Shown: positions 31,825 through 41,832, counted from the stretch's first letter. The stretch: 64,000 nucleotides of DNA from an uncultured Pseudomonadota bacterium (GCA_963843375.1 CAWJKT010000006.1:192001-256000); one strand, 5' to 3'. The notes: generated from the letters alone by a model not told the origin. Made by a program: numbers and translations.

Positions 31825-32379
31825 TTAACTTTCCCGGCCCCCCGGCACAAGGCCGGACGGGGCGCCGGGAAAGTTAAAGCCAGGTTTCGAAATCAAATTT
31901 CATCACAAAAACATAAAGAGCCGACCTTCAGCCTTTGTGCCAATTCGCCTTTTAATTGGCACAAATGGTTGCCCCGCAAGTCGGCTCCAAAGCCAAAGAA
32001 TGAAATTTGATTAAGAAACCATCCATCACCTTAACCCAAACTCTAACCCCTTAATTCCCTAACTACCCCAACCATGTCAGCCAAAACATAACCCCCAAAC
32101 TAATTACCCCATTAAAACCTTCTAACACCCGCCAATCTTTTCCACCTACCCACCCATTTACACCTACCCTGATATACCCCACCTACTACCTCTGAATACT
32201 GCTCCGGTTTGCCTTGCCTTGCTCTTGAATCTGATTTGAATTTGAATCTGTCTCATTCTCGATTTTTAAAAATAACGTCTTCTGGTTTTCCCATGCGGAG
32301 AGGGCGAGCCCCCCTATCGTTTCTCGCATCCGTACTTGATGCAGAGATAGGGGGGCTCGCCATCGGAGCATGGGAAAAC
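31825..32379. other. Structured non-coding block: three long hairpins and a nearly G-free tract (candidate origin region)
   Basis: IRs at 31825-31877, 31934-31965 and 32285-32379; C/A-rich tract at ~32016-32192. Confidence 0.6.
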
Positions 32380-32464
32380 ACCCCCTTTTAAACCGAAAAA
32401 TGAAAATTTGGAGTTCCGTCCGAATGAAAGACCGAATGAAATGATTTCCACGGCCAACGGGGTG

Positions 32465-33352
32465 TTATTCCGACAAGGGACGACTTATCTGGAACCAGAC
32501 TCTCTCAAATGGCAGGGTCGTTACCCGGCCAAAGTCGCTTACCAACCACTTGGACCGGTCCCTTTCCATGACCCAAGCTTGCAGGTAGCGGATCATCCGC
32601 CGGGAGTGGGGATAGGTTTCCGAGACGACAAGCCGCCAGGCCTGGGGAAAGGCGTCGTCCAGGTTGTAGACCATCCGCTGGACCATGTTCCAGTGATAGG
32701 CCGTCCGTTCGAATTCCAGGACAAAGGCCCTCCTCTCCCCCTGGAAGTCGGCCTCGAAGTATCCGTCCGGCGTCCTTCGGACCAAGGACTTGGCCCTTTC
32801 ATAGGCCCTAACCCGCCAGTTCCTTTCCAGCTCCCCATTGAGGAATTCGGCCTTGGTTCGCGGGGTGATACCGGCCCGCATTTCGAAGTCGCTGACCCAA
32901 AAGATGTCTTCCAGGGTAGGGGTGGCCTCCAAGGTGATTCTTAGCTCCTGAACCATAAGGTCATGCTGTCTCTCGTAGGGGTTGATTCGGATGGGGTGTT
33001 TTCGGCCCATGACAATCATCCGCCCTGTCTCGTCCAGGGTACGGATGGCCGGAAGGGTCAGGAAGTAGAAGTTATGCGCGAACATATTTTCCTTTTCAAA
33101 AAGCAGAAAACCTTTTTTGACGTATTTGCTGAGGACGTAACAGGCGTTTCGGTAGGTGCCTTGGGGATAAAACTTTTTTTGGAAAAGCTGTGGGATGGTG
33201 AACTTGTTGGAGTGAATCCAGGCGAGGTGTTGGGCTTCGGTATCGTTGATTTCCAGGTATTGGCTCACGGGCGGCTTCCTTGCAGGGAGATTGCCTTCAT
33301 GCCTTTTGGACGATTCATTTCTCCTTTCCCTCCCAAAAATTTTAAGTGTCAT
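32465..33352 (-). CDS. Replication-relaxation (Replic_Relax-like) protein
   Basis: N-terminal wHTH-like region, QHDLMV, and RTPDGYF...FVLEFERT PD-(D/E)xK-like core. Confidence 0.7.
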   Translation of the reverse strand: MTLKIFGRERRNESSKRHEGNLPARKPPVSQYLEINDTEAQHLAWIHSNKFTIPQLFQKKFYPQGTYRNACYVLSKYVKKGFLLFEKENMFAHNFYFLTLPAIRTLDETGRMIVMGRKHPIRINPYERQHDLMVQELRITLEATPTLEDIFWVSDFEMRAGITPRTKAEFLNGELERNWRVRAYERAKSLVRRTPDGYFEADFQGERRAFVLEFERTAYHWNMVQRMVYNLDDAFPQAWRLVVSETYPHSRRMIRYLQAWVMERDRSKWLVSDFGRVTTLPFERVWFQISRPLSE

Positions 33353-33786
33353 AAAAATCTATTGCGTCCAATCCATGGTCATCCATGGTTAACGATGGTT
33401 ACGGAGAATGCTCATAAAGCATCACTACCGATCACAAGTGGCAGTCAGCGGCAGTAAGTGACGGTCAGTGACATTTCAAAAAATTATTTACTTTTCAAAG
33501 AAACGTTTAGGGTCGCAAAACAGTCAAAAGAAATATCACAAAGTACGGCGGTGACGGATGACACGAACAATTTGAATTTCAGATTTTGCATTTAAAGGGC
33601 GATTACTGCCCCGAAGATTTCGCCCTCGCAAGTTGTTCCGCTTCGACAACCAAAAACAAAATTCCAAGTCAATCAGCCCGGAGAATCCCCCAAACCTTGA
33701 ACGCTTCACAACCCAATTTTCCACCCCTCCAAAGAGGACTCCTAGGAGGGTCTTTTATTTTAAATTTTGAAAAAGGGAGGTAGGTC

Positions 33787-34041
33787 ATGGTGGATCGCAG
33801 AAAGAATATCGAGCGGCGGAATTTCCTAATGTCGGACAAAGACATTGCCGAAAAAGCCGGTGTTTCCCCCAATACCGTCCGCTATTGGCGGCAGACCGGC
33901 ATCCTCCCTTTCGTGAAGGTCGGCAAGTATCCGAGGGTTTGGCATTCGGTGTTCCTGCAAGTTTTTAAAATACCCCTTTCATCTTGGACGGACCCTGCTG
34001 ATAAAATGCCAAGTGCTGGGGACATTAGGAGGGACGAATGA
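33787..34041 (+). CDS. Excisionase-like HTH DNA-binding protein
   Basis: DIAEKAGVSPNTVRYWRQTGILPFVKVG; GGAGG RBS; ATGA overlap with the integrase. Confidence 0.8.
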   Translation: MVDRRKNIERRNFLMSDKDIAEKAGVSPNTVRYWRQTGILPFVKVGKYPRVWHSVFLQVFKIPLSSWTDPADKMPSAGDIRRDE

Positions 34042-35153
34042 GTAGACCTAATGTTCATGGATTGCCCCAATTTCTCCGCAAGGACGAAAAGGGGTATTTC
34101 CTGGATTACTTCGTTGAAGAAGGGGGAATCAAAAAGCGCAAGAGGGTGAGGCTGGGCCAGATACCCGTGGCCCAAGCCAAGAAGGTGCTGGCCCAACACA
34201 TGCAAGAAATGGTGGAGTGTAAGTACTTGGCTCCCGAAAAACCGGAGGTCACTTTTTCCGAGGCGGCGGATTCGTTCCTGGCCTATTCCGAGGCAAGAAG
34301 GAAAAGCCATGAGAACGACATCCAGATGGTCAAGAGGCTCAAGGACTATTTCGGCAACAGGCCCTTGCGAAGCTTGACGCCCGATGTGGTGGAGGGGTTC
34401 TTGACTCACCGGCGGAAGGTGGGCAACCAGGCCCCCGGCGAGCAGAGGACGGGAAAGCCCCTATCCAATAGCACGCTGAACCGGGACCTCGGCGTTCTCA
34501 AGAGCATCGTGAACCGGGCGGTCTTCAACGGCTTGTTGGAGAAAAACCCGATTCAGCGGGTGCGGGCCTTCAAGGAAGAATCCCGCGACCGCACCTTGAC
34601 GAACGAGGAATACCAAGCCCTTTTGGGTTATTGCTCCCCGCGCCTTTCCGCCATCGTCCAGTTGGCTTATTGGACGGGCATGAGGAAGGGGGAGATTTTG
34701 GGTTTGCGGTGGGAACAGGTGGACTTTCAAAACAAGGTCATCATCCTGGAAGCCGCGGACACCAAGACCCAGGAGAAACGGGAGGTTCCCTTGACGGAGG
34801 CCCTAGCGAGCCTCTTGAAACGGATACCCAAAACCCTGGGATGCCCCCAGGTTTTCACCGAGAGGGGAAAGCGCATCCTCGACATCAAGACCGCTTTTCT
34901 CAAGGCCGTCCGCGCGGCGGGGATCAAGAACTTCCGGTTCCATGACCTCCGGCATTGCGCGGTCACGAACCTAAGAAAGGCGGGGGTGAACGACTCGGTC
35001 ATCATGTCCATATCGGGCCATAAGACCTACGCGATGTTCAAACGGTATAACCGGATCGACCGGCAGGACCGGGTGAACGCGCTGAAGCAGGTTGAGAGGC
35101 AGTTTGACACGGATATGACACGGAGCGGGTCCGGGCAGTTGGTGAAGTCGTAG
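34038..35153 (+). CDS. Tyrosine recombinase / phage-type integrase
   Basis: TGMRKGE, TKT, RFHDLRH and SGHKTYAMFKRY catalytic residues; adjacent to the tRNA 3' end. Confidence 0.95.
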   Translation: MSRPNVHGLPQFLRKDEKGYFLDYFVEEGGIKKRKRVRLGQIPVAQAKKVLAQHMQEMVECKYLAPEKPEVTFSEAADSFLAYSEARRKSHENDIQMVKRLKDYFGNRPLRSLTPDVVEGFLTHRRKVGNQAPGEQRTGKPLSNSTLNRDLGVLKSIVNRAVFNGLLEKNPIQRVRAFKEESRDRTLTNEEYQALLGYCSPRLSAIVQLAYWTGMRKGEILGLRWEQVDFQNKVIILEAADTKTQEKREVPLTEALASLLKRIPKTLGCPQVFTERGKRILDIKTAFLKAVRAAGIKNFRFHDLRHCAVTNLRKAGVNDSVIMSISGHKTYAMFKRYNRIDRQDRVNALKQVERQFDTDMTRSGSGQLVKS

Positions 35154-35168
35154 AATCGTTGAAAAATA

Positions 35169-35246
35169 TGGCGGGGTTGACGGGGCTCGAACCCGCGACC
35201 TCCTGCGTGACAGGCAGGCGCTCTAACCAAGCTGAGCTACAACCCC
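35169..35246 (-). tRNA. tRNA-Asp (GTC)
   Basis: Full cloverleaf GGGGTTG..CAACCCC, anticodon loop CTGTCAC, TTCGA loop, encoded CCA. Confidence 0.97.
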
Positions 35247-35338
35247 TAGCAGAAGGAAGAAAAAGCGGAAGGAACATCTATCGCTTTGTCACGACGACCC
35301 AAAGGCCATTCCCCTCAAGGGAAGCGAAACGAGGACGT

Positions 35339-35367
35339 ATATTAATGGGCAGGTCCTATTTAGTCAA
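35339..35367 (-). promoter_or_regulatory. Sigma70-type promoter for tRNA-Asp
   Basis: TTGACT-17 bp-TAATAT on the minus strand about 90 bp upstream of the tRNA. Confidence 0.55.
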
Positions 35368-35394
35368 GCAACTCAAAATCCGGGTAGTGGCCCA

Positions 35395-38300
35395 TTAAGA
35401 AACGGGCTGTGGGGCTAATTCTTTGACGGGTTTTTGAATTCTGAACTTCTTCACCGAAAATCGTGACATGGAGTTCTTCGTGATGCTCTTGGCGGAAAGC
35501 TTGTAGAGATACTCGCCGTCGAGTTTTCCCGCAGCGTCCCAAATGGTCACGGCATAAGCTCCGCCTTCCCTTTTCTCCTCAACTTTCCCCACTAAGCCGC
35601 CCGTTGAATCAAAGACTTCCAAAGTCACGTTGCAGTCTTCTTTCAGAAAATAGTAAAAACGCAAGGGTCCGGGCTTGGGAGGCTGGGGAAAAATTCCCAT
35701 ATCTTCCGTAAAGACCGCGTCTTCAAGTACTTCATCCACCGAGATCGTGATGTCCTTTATGCGCAAAACCGGAAACTGGTCGCTGTAAAGACGAATCTCG
35801 TATTTTCCCTCGGGAAGACCCGAAAAGTTGAAATGTCCTTTGGGATCGGTCATCACCGTGGCCGCCACTTTATCACCTTTCATCATTTCTAATTTAGTGC
35901 CGGAAATGGGGGTCACCCCGTCCTTGCGGAGGAATGTTCCATAAACCTTGCCCAACCGCTGGATTTTCACCCGACGCCGCGAGGACAGGAGTCCGGGCTT
36001 GCCCTTTTTCCCGACCGCCGCGACGTGGAAATACCAGGTTCCTTCCTGGATGTCCCTTAATTGGATCGAACGTTCGGTGGTGAACTGGTCTTCGGAAGTA
36101 AGCGTTTCGATTTCGTTGGAGCTAAATTTATAAATATATCCCACGGGTTTATAACTGCCATCGTGCCGGTCATCCCAGGTGAAAAGGGGTTCATAGTGGT
36201 TGACCGCCTCATCCTCCGCCGGATGGGTGGGGCTTGACACCACCGGGGGAGGCATTTCCCCCGCCGCGACAAGGGCCATAAAATGGGTAGGCTCGGAAAG
36301 ATTACCCGCCTTGTCCTTGACCACCGCGTGAAAGTACCAAACTCCGGGCTCGGAGGATTTCAAGCTCACGATATTTTCCGTCGTCCTTTGGGCCTCGTTG
36401 GGTAGGGGCCGGGTGTCCGCCTTGCGGTCAAAAACATAATAGAAGCTCTCAACCCCTGACAATTTTGGGGCCGAGGCCATGTGAAACTCCAGTTTGTTGG
36501 AGGCGTACCAACGCTGCGAATCGGGATGAGTGGTTGAGGTGACCTGGGGAGCGGAAGGTTTGGAAAGGTCAATTTTGAGTCGGTAATGGGCCGCCTGTTC
36601 GCTGATATTGCCCGCTTTGTCCTTTGCGATCAGATGGAAATACCAAATGCCGCCTTCTAGGTTGGATAATTCCATTCGTCGGCCATCCACGAAATTGGAA
36701 GCTTCCGCCGTGGGTTTAGCGTTGGGGCTTTGATCCAAAAGATAATAGTAACCGGCGATGCCGGTGGCGTCCGCAGGGGCGTCCCAAATGAGAACGGGTG
36801 AGTTATGTGAGCTCCAGTCATCGCTGGAATGGGTGGGACTAGTGACCGTTGGAACCCCCACGCCATGGTCCGAAAGGGAAGCCGCCGTGGTGTTACCCTC
36901 ATGCTGTTCGTTGCCCATCCGGTCCACGGCCTGGATGCAATAATAGTAAACTGTGTTTTCTTTAAGCCCATCGCCCTTATCCGTGAAAACCGTTGTCTTG
37001 ATTTCCCCGTCAGTGGAGATTTTTTCTTTCTTGCCGCCTTCCAGCCACCGGTAGATCCGGTAATAGTCGGTGCCGGAAACCTTGTCCGCGACCGGGTTCC
37101 ATTTGAGTTCAATGTCTCCCCCCGTCTTGGGTGTAGCCTTTAACTGGGTAACCGCCGCCGGGGGTGAGATATCCGGGGTGGTGGCGGCCATCTCGCTCTC
37201 GGGGTAGAGTTCCAAGTTGCCGGCGTTGTCTTTGGCTCGGCATCGAAAGGCGTGCCGCTTTCCATCCTGCCCCTGGTAAACACCGTTGGATTCGGTCACG
37301 TTGGTCAGCCAGTCGGTCCAAGAGCCGTTATCGGTCTTGACCTGGACATCGTAAGAAGAGATGCCGCTATGAGCGTCGGTAGAACTCCATTCAAGGTAAA
37401 CCTGGGTCTTGTCCAACATGGCCGCAAGGGGTTTCATTTGAGACTTGGGTGCCGCGGTATCGATCAAGATGGGATAGTGAGCCGCTTCCTTCCCAACGTT
37501 ACCTACCATATCTTTCACGTTAACGTGGAAGAACCATTTACCATCCTTGAGAGCCGGGGCCGTAAGGGATGTTTCGGTGACCCACTTGCCATTTCCCGGT
37601 CCCGGTATGGTATGGGGTTGAGAATCGAGCGCGAGGTAATAACCTTCCACTCCCGATTGCTCCCGGGGTGGGTCCCACATGAATTTCGGGGCTGTCGTCT
37701 TAACCCATTGGTTTGGGGGATGGGTGGAGCTTTTGATAAAAGCTACCCCCGCTTCACTGTCTATCCGCATCTTGAAATGGGCGCAAGCGCTGACGTTTCC
37801 CGCCTTGTCCTTGGAACATACATGGAGGAACCAGATGCCATCTTCCGCGACCGTGGCAATGGTTCCCCGCCCCGTGGTCCAGGTCATGGATTTCAAGTCG
37901 GCAGTCCAGTTCTCGTCGCCGTTGAGCGCGTAGTAATAACCATCGATGCCCGAAAGGTCTCCGGGATCTTTCCACACGAATTCCACTCGCCGGGTTCCAT
38001 ACCACTTTTCGGGCAAGGAATGACTGGGTGACGAAACAACCGGGCTTTCGGCAATCGTGTCCAGACGGACGCGGAAAGTGGCAACTTCCTTTGATATATT
38101 CCCCGCCACGTCCTGGCAAACCACTGAAAGGATATGCACCCCGTCCCGAGGAATATCCAGGTTGATTTCGTTCTTATCCGTAAAGGAAGAAGATCTGGGA
38201 TCGGGGGTAATTTGGGGGTCTTCGGAAAAGGTGTAATAAAAACCCGTGATCCCCGAAAGATCATCGGGCGGCGTCAGTTTAAACACCGCCTTGGGCTTGG

Positions 38301-40968
38301 AATACCATTGTTCCTGTTCCGGGTGGCTGGGGGAGGAGACAAAAGCCCTAGCTACCTCCGTATCCACGTGCAGGGGGTAATGCACCGCCTTCCAATCCAC
38401 GTTGCCCGCCTTGTCCTTGGTGGTGATGTGGAAGTACCAAAGTCCGTCGTCGGTGAGTTCGAAGGAAACCATGCGCTGGCTGGTAAAAAGGGAGTTTTTG
38501 TCGTTGGGTACCGTATCGGCCTTGCGATCGATGTTGTAGTAATATCCCTCGATTCCGGAATGTTCGAATGGGTCCTCCCAATTCAAAACCACCCGTCGGT
38601 CCCGGTACCAGTGGGTCGTTTCCGAATGGGTGGAGGAAGATACCTGGGGCGGGCTGACCAAGGTATCGACGCAGATTTTGATATGCCCCGCCTGGGGAGA
38701 AATATTTTCGGCCTTATCCTTGGTGCGGACATGAACGAACCATTGGCCGTCCTGAATCTCGTCAAAGGTGATCTTGGTCTTTTCGGTCCATTGAGCATTC
38801 TCCGGATCCGGCAGGGTCATGGGGTCGTGGTCAATGCAGTAATAATATCCTTCCACACCTGAAAGGTCGTGGGGAGGGTTGATATGAACTTCCACTTTGT
38901 TGTTGGAATACCATTGGTCGCTCTGGGGATGGCTGGTGGAAGAAAGAGTAGGGGCCAAGGCTTTGGTGTCGATGCGAATGGGGTAATGGGAGGCCCGGAT
39001 ACCCACGTTGCCGGCCTCATCCTGGGTGGAGATGTGCAGGTACCAAAAGCCGTCCTCGAAGGGCCCCAGCGTCTTGCGGGTTTCCTGCGTAAAATCCCCC
39101 GCTCCCGGGCCCGGTACGGTGGTCGGCTCGTGATCGGCTTTTATGAAATAGCCTTTGATGCCCGATAAGTCCTTGGGTGTTTCCCAAGAAATAACCGGAG
39201 TGGGATTGGCAACCCACTTCTCGCTCTCGGGATGAGTAGAACTAGTCACCTTGACTGGCGGGGCCGCCTCCGTATCCACCAGAATCTTGAAATGGGAGGC
39301 TTGGCTCCCAATATTTCCCGCTTCATCCACTCCCACCACGTGGAAGTACCAGGTTCCCTGGGGGGTTGAGGAAAGAGCTACCCGCTTGTCCTCGGTATAA
39401 GAGGCTTCGGGCGGAGCGGGTAAAGTTTCGGGATAATGGTTCAAAAGGAAATAATAGCCCCGCAGCGGGGTGAGCGAATGCAGAAGGATTTCAATATCAC
39501 TGTTTTTCTCCCATTTCCCCGGATGAGAATGGGTGGGAGAGGTGATAGAGGGTGGCGGAACGCTCGGCGTAAAAAATGAAGCCGTCTCGCTCACCGAGAG
39601 CGAGGAAGTGCGATAGGCGCTTACCACCTTGAATTCATACTCGGTTTCGGATTTCAAGTCGGTCAAATGAATCCGGTGCCGTAATTTCATTCCCTTATCA
39701 ATGATGACTTTGCGTAAATCCTGATCTTCTTTTTTCTCGCCGTAATGGACTTCGGAAGTGGCGGAAATGTCGGTGGTCCAGGTAAGAAGAGCGCTGGAAG
39801 AGGAAAGCCTTTCCACCGTTAATTCCGAGATCGCCGGCATTCGGGCCATGTCAAAGGTGGAGCGTATAAGAGTGCCTCGGTTTTCGGTTCCAGCATAAAG
39901 GTAGTCGCCGAAAAGGGCGAAGGCCCGGACGCCCTCCTCATCGCCGGCAAAAGCCGTTTTCCAATCGGTCCCTTCGCTGGTCTTTAAAACCCTTCCCGAG
40001 TTGCCAGTCCCGGCGTAAAGAGCGTTCTCGAAAACTTCCATGCAGTAGAGGTTCAATTCACGGGCCGTCTCGTAAACGCATAGCCAGTCCAGACCGTTTT
40101 CGGTTCGGTAAATTTTCACGCCCTTGGGGCTGGAGGTTCCAGCGTAAAGGGCCCCGTTGAATTCCTGAAAGCACTGGATGAAATTCTGTCCCGTGGCGGT
40201 CATTTCCTCCCAATTAAATCCATCGGTGGAGGCGAAGATAAGCCCGCTGGGATAGGTGCCCGCGAAAATTTGGTCGTTGAAAATACCCAGGCAGGTGACG
40301 GCCACCTCGCTGAGGGAACCCACGGTGTTCCATTGGGTTCCGTCATAGGCGTATATCTTGCCTTTGGAACTGGTGCCCGCGTAAAGCCTTCCCTTGAATT
40401 CCAAGAGGGAATGGATGCGGTCCTCATCGGTGGTAAAGGCTTCCTTCCAATTTTCCCCATCGGTAGTCTGGTAGATACCGCCGTTGAGGTTGGTTCCGGC
40501 GTAAAGGACGGCTTCCTTGCCGGGAGAGGCGTAGACGCAAAGGCAGTAAATCTGGGTGACATAATCCCCCTTGCCTTCCTTGGCGTCCCCGACGGTGGAG
40601 AAGAACTTGGGATTCATTTGGGTAACGGGGATTTTTTTCCAGGAACCCGGCGCGCCGCTGCTGGATCGAAGGATCAGGTCCTGTCCCGTGGCGGCATAGA
40701 GATAACCCCGGTACTCCACCAAATCGTAAATAGTGGTAATGCCCTTGAATTCCTCAAGGCTTTCGAAAAAAGCGGGCGTGGCGGAGGTGAAATAAAGGTC
40801 GATGACGTTTTTGAGCTGTTCGAGGGCTTCTTTGGGGGTCTTACCCTGGGCCTGACAACCGGGAAGAAGCGAACAGCGGGCCACCACGTTGCCATGGGCG
40901 CGGGTTTCCAGTTCAATGGGAAACTCGTAAGGAAAATATTTTTTTTGGATTTTTTCTTCTTTTTTCAA
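35395..40968 (-). CDS. 1857-aa protein: HicB-like N-terminus, beta-propeller, FN3-like domains, ten ~98-aa repeats, carboxypeptidase-regulatory-like and FlgD/T9SS-CTD-like C-terminus
   Basis: ARCSLLPGCQAQGKTPKEALEQL; repeated F.G.LYAGT blades; repeats S.THP..W..DLSG..GYYY..G.WYFHV..DKAGN. Confidence 0.8.
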   Translation of the reverse strand: MKKEEKIQKKYFPYEFPIELETRAHGNVVARCSLLPGCQAQGKTPKEALEQLKNVIDLYFTSATPAFFESLEEFKGITTIYDLVEYRGYLYAATGQDLILRSSSGAPGSWKKIPVTQMNPKFFSTVGDAKEGKGDYVTQIYCLCVYASPGKEAVLYAGTNLNGGIYQTTDGENWKEAFTTDEDRIHSLLEFKGRLYAGTSSKGKIYAYDGTQWNTVGSLSEVAVTCLGIFNDQIFAGTYPSGLIFASTDGFNWEEMTATGQNFIQCFQEFNGALYAGTSSPKGVKIYRTENGLDWLCVYETARELNLYCMEVFENALYAGTGNSGRVLKTSEGTDWKTAFAGDEEGVRAFALFGDYLYAGTENRGTLIRSTFDMARMPAISELTVERLSSSSALLTWTTDISATSEVHYGEKKEDQDLRKVIIDKGMKLRHRIHLTDLKSETEYEFKVVSAYRTSSLSVSETASFFTPSVPPPSITSPTHSHPGKWEKNSDIEILLHSLTPLRGYYFLLNHYPETLPAPPEASYTEDKRVALSSTPQGTWYFHVVGVDEAGNIGSQASHFKILVDTEAAPPVKVTSSTHPESEKWVANPTPVISWETPKDLSGIKGYFIKADHEPTTVPGPGAGDFTQETRKTLGPFEDGFWYLHISTQDEAGNVGIRASHYPIRIDTKALAPTLSSTSHPQSDQWYSNNKVEVHINPPHDLSGVEGYYYCIDHDPMTLPDPENAQWTEKTKITFDEIQDGQWFVHVRTKDKAENISPQAGHIKICVDTLVSPPQVSSSTHSETTHWYRDRRVVLNWEDPFEHSGIEGYYYNIDRKADTVPNDKNSLFTSQRMVSFELTDDGLWYFHITTKDKAGNVDWKAVHYPLHVDTEVARAFVSSPSHPEQEQWYSKPKAVFKLTPPDDLSGITGFYYTFSEDPQITPDPRSSSFTDKNEINLDIPRDGVHILSVVCQDVAGNISKEVATFRVRLDTIAESPVVSSPSHSLPEKWYGTRRVEFVWKDPGDLSGIDGYYYALNGDENWTADLKSMTWTTGRGTIATVAEDGIWFLHVCSKDKAGNVSACAHFKMRIDSEAGVAFIKSSTHPPNQWVKTTAPKFMWDPPREQSGVEGYYLALDSQPHTIPGPGNGKWVTETSLTAPALKDGKWFFHVNVKDMVGNVGKEAAHYPILIDTAAPKSQMKPLAAMLDKTQVYLEWSSTDAHSGISSYDVQVKTDNGSWTDWLTNVTESNGVYQGQDGKRHAFRCRAKDNAGNLELYPESEMAATTPDISPPAAVTQLKATPKTGGDIELKWNPVADKVSGTDYYRIYRWLEGGKKEKISTDGEIKTTVFTDKGDGLKENTVYYYCIQAVDRMGNEQHEGNTTAASLSDHGVGVPTVTSPTHSSDDWSSHNSPVLIWDAPADATGIAGYYYLLDQSPNAKPTAEASNFVDGRRMELSNLEGGIWYFHLIAKDKAGNISEQAAHYRLKIDLSKPSAPQVTSTTHPDSQRWYASNKLEFHMASAPKLSGVESFYYVFDRKADTRPLPNEAQRTTENIVSLKSSEPGVWYFHAVVKDKAGNLSEPTHFMALVAAGEMPPPVVSSPTHPAEDEAVNHYEPLFTWDDRHDGSYKPVGYIYKFSSNEIETLTSEDQFTTERSIQLRDIQEGTWYFHVAAVGKKGKPGLLSSRRRVKIQRLGKVYGTFLRKDGVTPISGTKLEMMKGDKVAATVMTDPKGHFNFSGLPEGKYEIRLYSDQFPVLRIKDITISVDEVLEDAVFTEDMGIFPQPPKPGPLRFYYFLKEDCNVTLEVFDSTGGLVGKVEEKREGGAYAVTIWDAAGKLDGEYLYKLSAKSITKNSMSRFSVKKFRIQKPVKELAPQPVS

Positions 40969-41159
40969 CCCAACCCACCTGAGTTAAAGCAATGTCGTAA
41001 AGGTATTGTCGCCGGAATCGCCAGCCAAGGGGACTATTTTAATCAAAGGCCCGAAGGTTGACAGTAACATTATCAACCGGTAATTCATCAGGAATGAGAG
41101 CGATTAGGGGGGGCATTCTCATATTCATGGGGCTTTAGCGGAACAGGGATCTTCTCGAC

Positions 41160-41690
41160 CTAGGGGGTACTGGAATCCAAATCGGTCGCTTCCGGTTTCA
41201 ATTCGGCGAAGGTCCTCAAAACCTCGGTGGTTAGATCCACCCCGTTTTTGACGCCGACCACATCATTCTTATTCAGCACCAGGGCGATTTGGTATTTCTT
41301 GGCGATCCCGATTATAACGTCCTTGATGCGGACCGTCAGCTTTTCCATCATTTCCTGGTTGCGCTCTTGCAATTCGTTCTGGATGCGGTTTTTCTCTTCC
41401 TGATAGTTCTGGTTTGCTTCCTCGAACTCTTTTTCCTTCTGCTTTCTTTCCCGGCTGGACAAGGCGCCCTTCGGGTCGCTCAGTACCCCTTGAAGGTCTC
41501 TCAAGGCCGATTCCAAATCGGCCAAATCCTGCCTTTTCTCCTGGGCTAATTCGTCAAACTTCTTCTGGGCCTTGGTGGTTCCGGGATATTGTTTGTAAAG
41601 TTCCTGCATATCCACGACGCCCACCACAAAATCTTTCGCCGTCGCCGCCGACGCGGCCAGAAAGAAACACAAAAGGATCAGGAAGCGCAT
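41160..41690 (-). CDS. skp: OmpH/Skp periplasmic chaperone
   Basis: Signal peptide, VGVVDMQEL, coiled coil, IAKK..IALVLNK..VDLTTEVL. Confidence 0.8.
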   Translation of the reverse strand: MRFLILLCFFLAASAATAKDFVVGVVDMQELYKQYPGTTKAQKKFDELAQEKRQDLADLESALRDLQGVLSDPKGALSSRERKQKEKEFEEANQNYQEEKNRIQNELQERNQEMMEKLTVRIKDVIIGIAKKYQIALVLNKNDVVGVKNGVDLTTEVLRTFAELKPEATDLDSSTP

Positions 41691-41832
41691 AAGACATCCT
41701 CTCAAAAAGATTGAAATTCCATCCGAAACTTCGCTCGATAGAATAACCCCAATTTTTGTTTTGAGTAGTAAAAAAACTTAGAAAGCGGAATTTTCTTTCC
41801 CCTTATCTAATCTAAGTGCAGGACGGTTAAAT

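Noticed and set aside
32408..33457. + strand ORFs of 178 and 164 aa in the element
   Set aside because: They are fully antisense to the Replic_Relax-like gene and have no motifs of their own.
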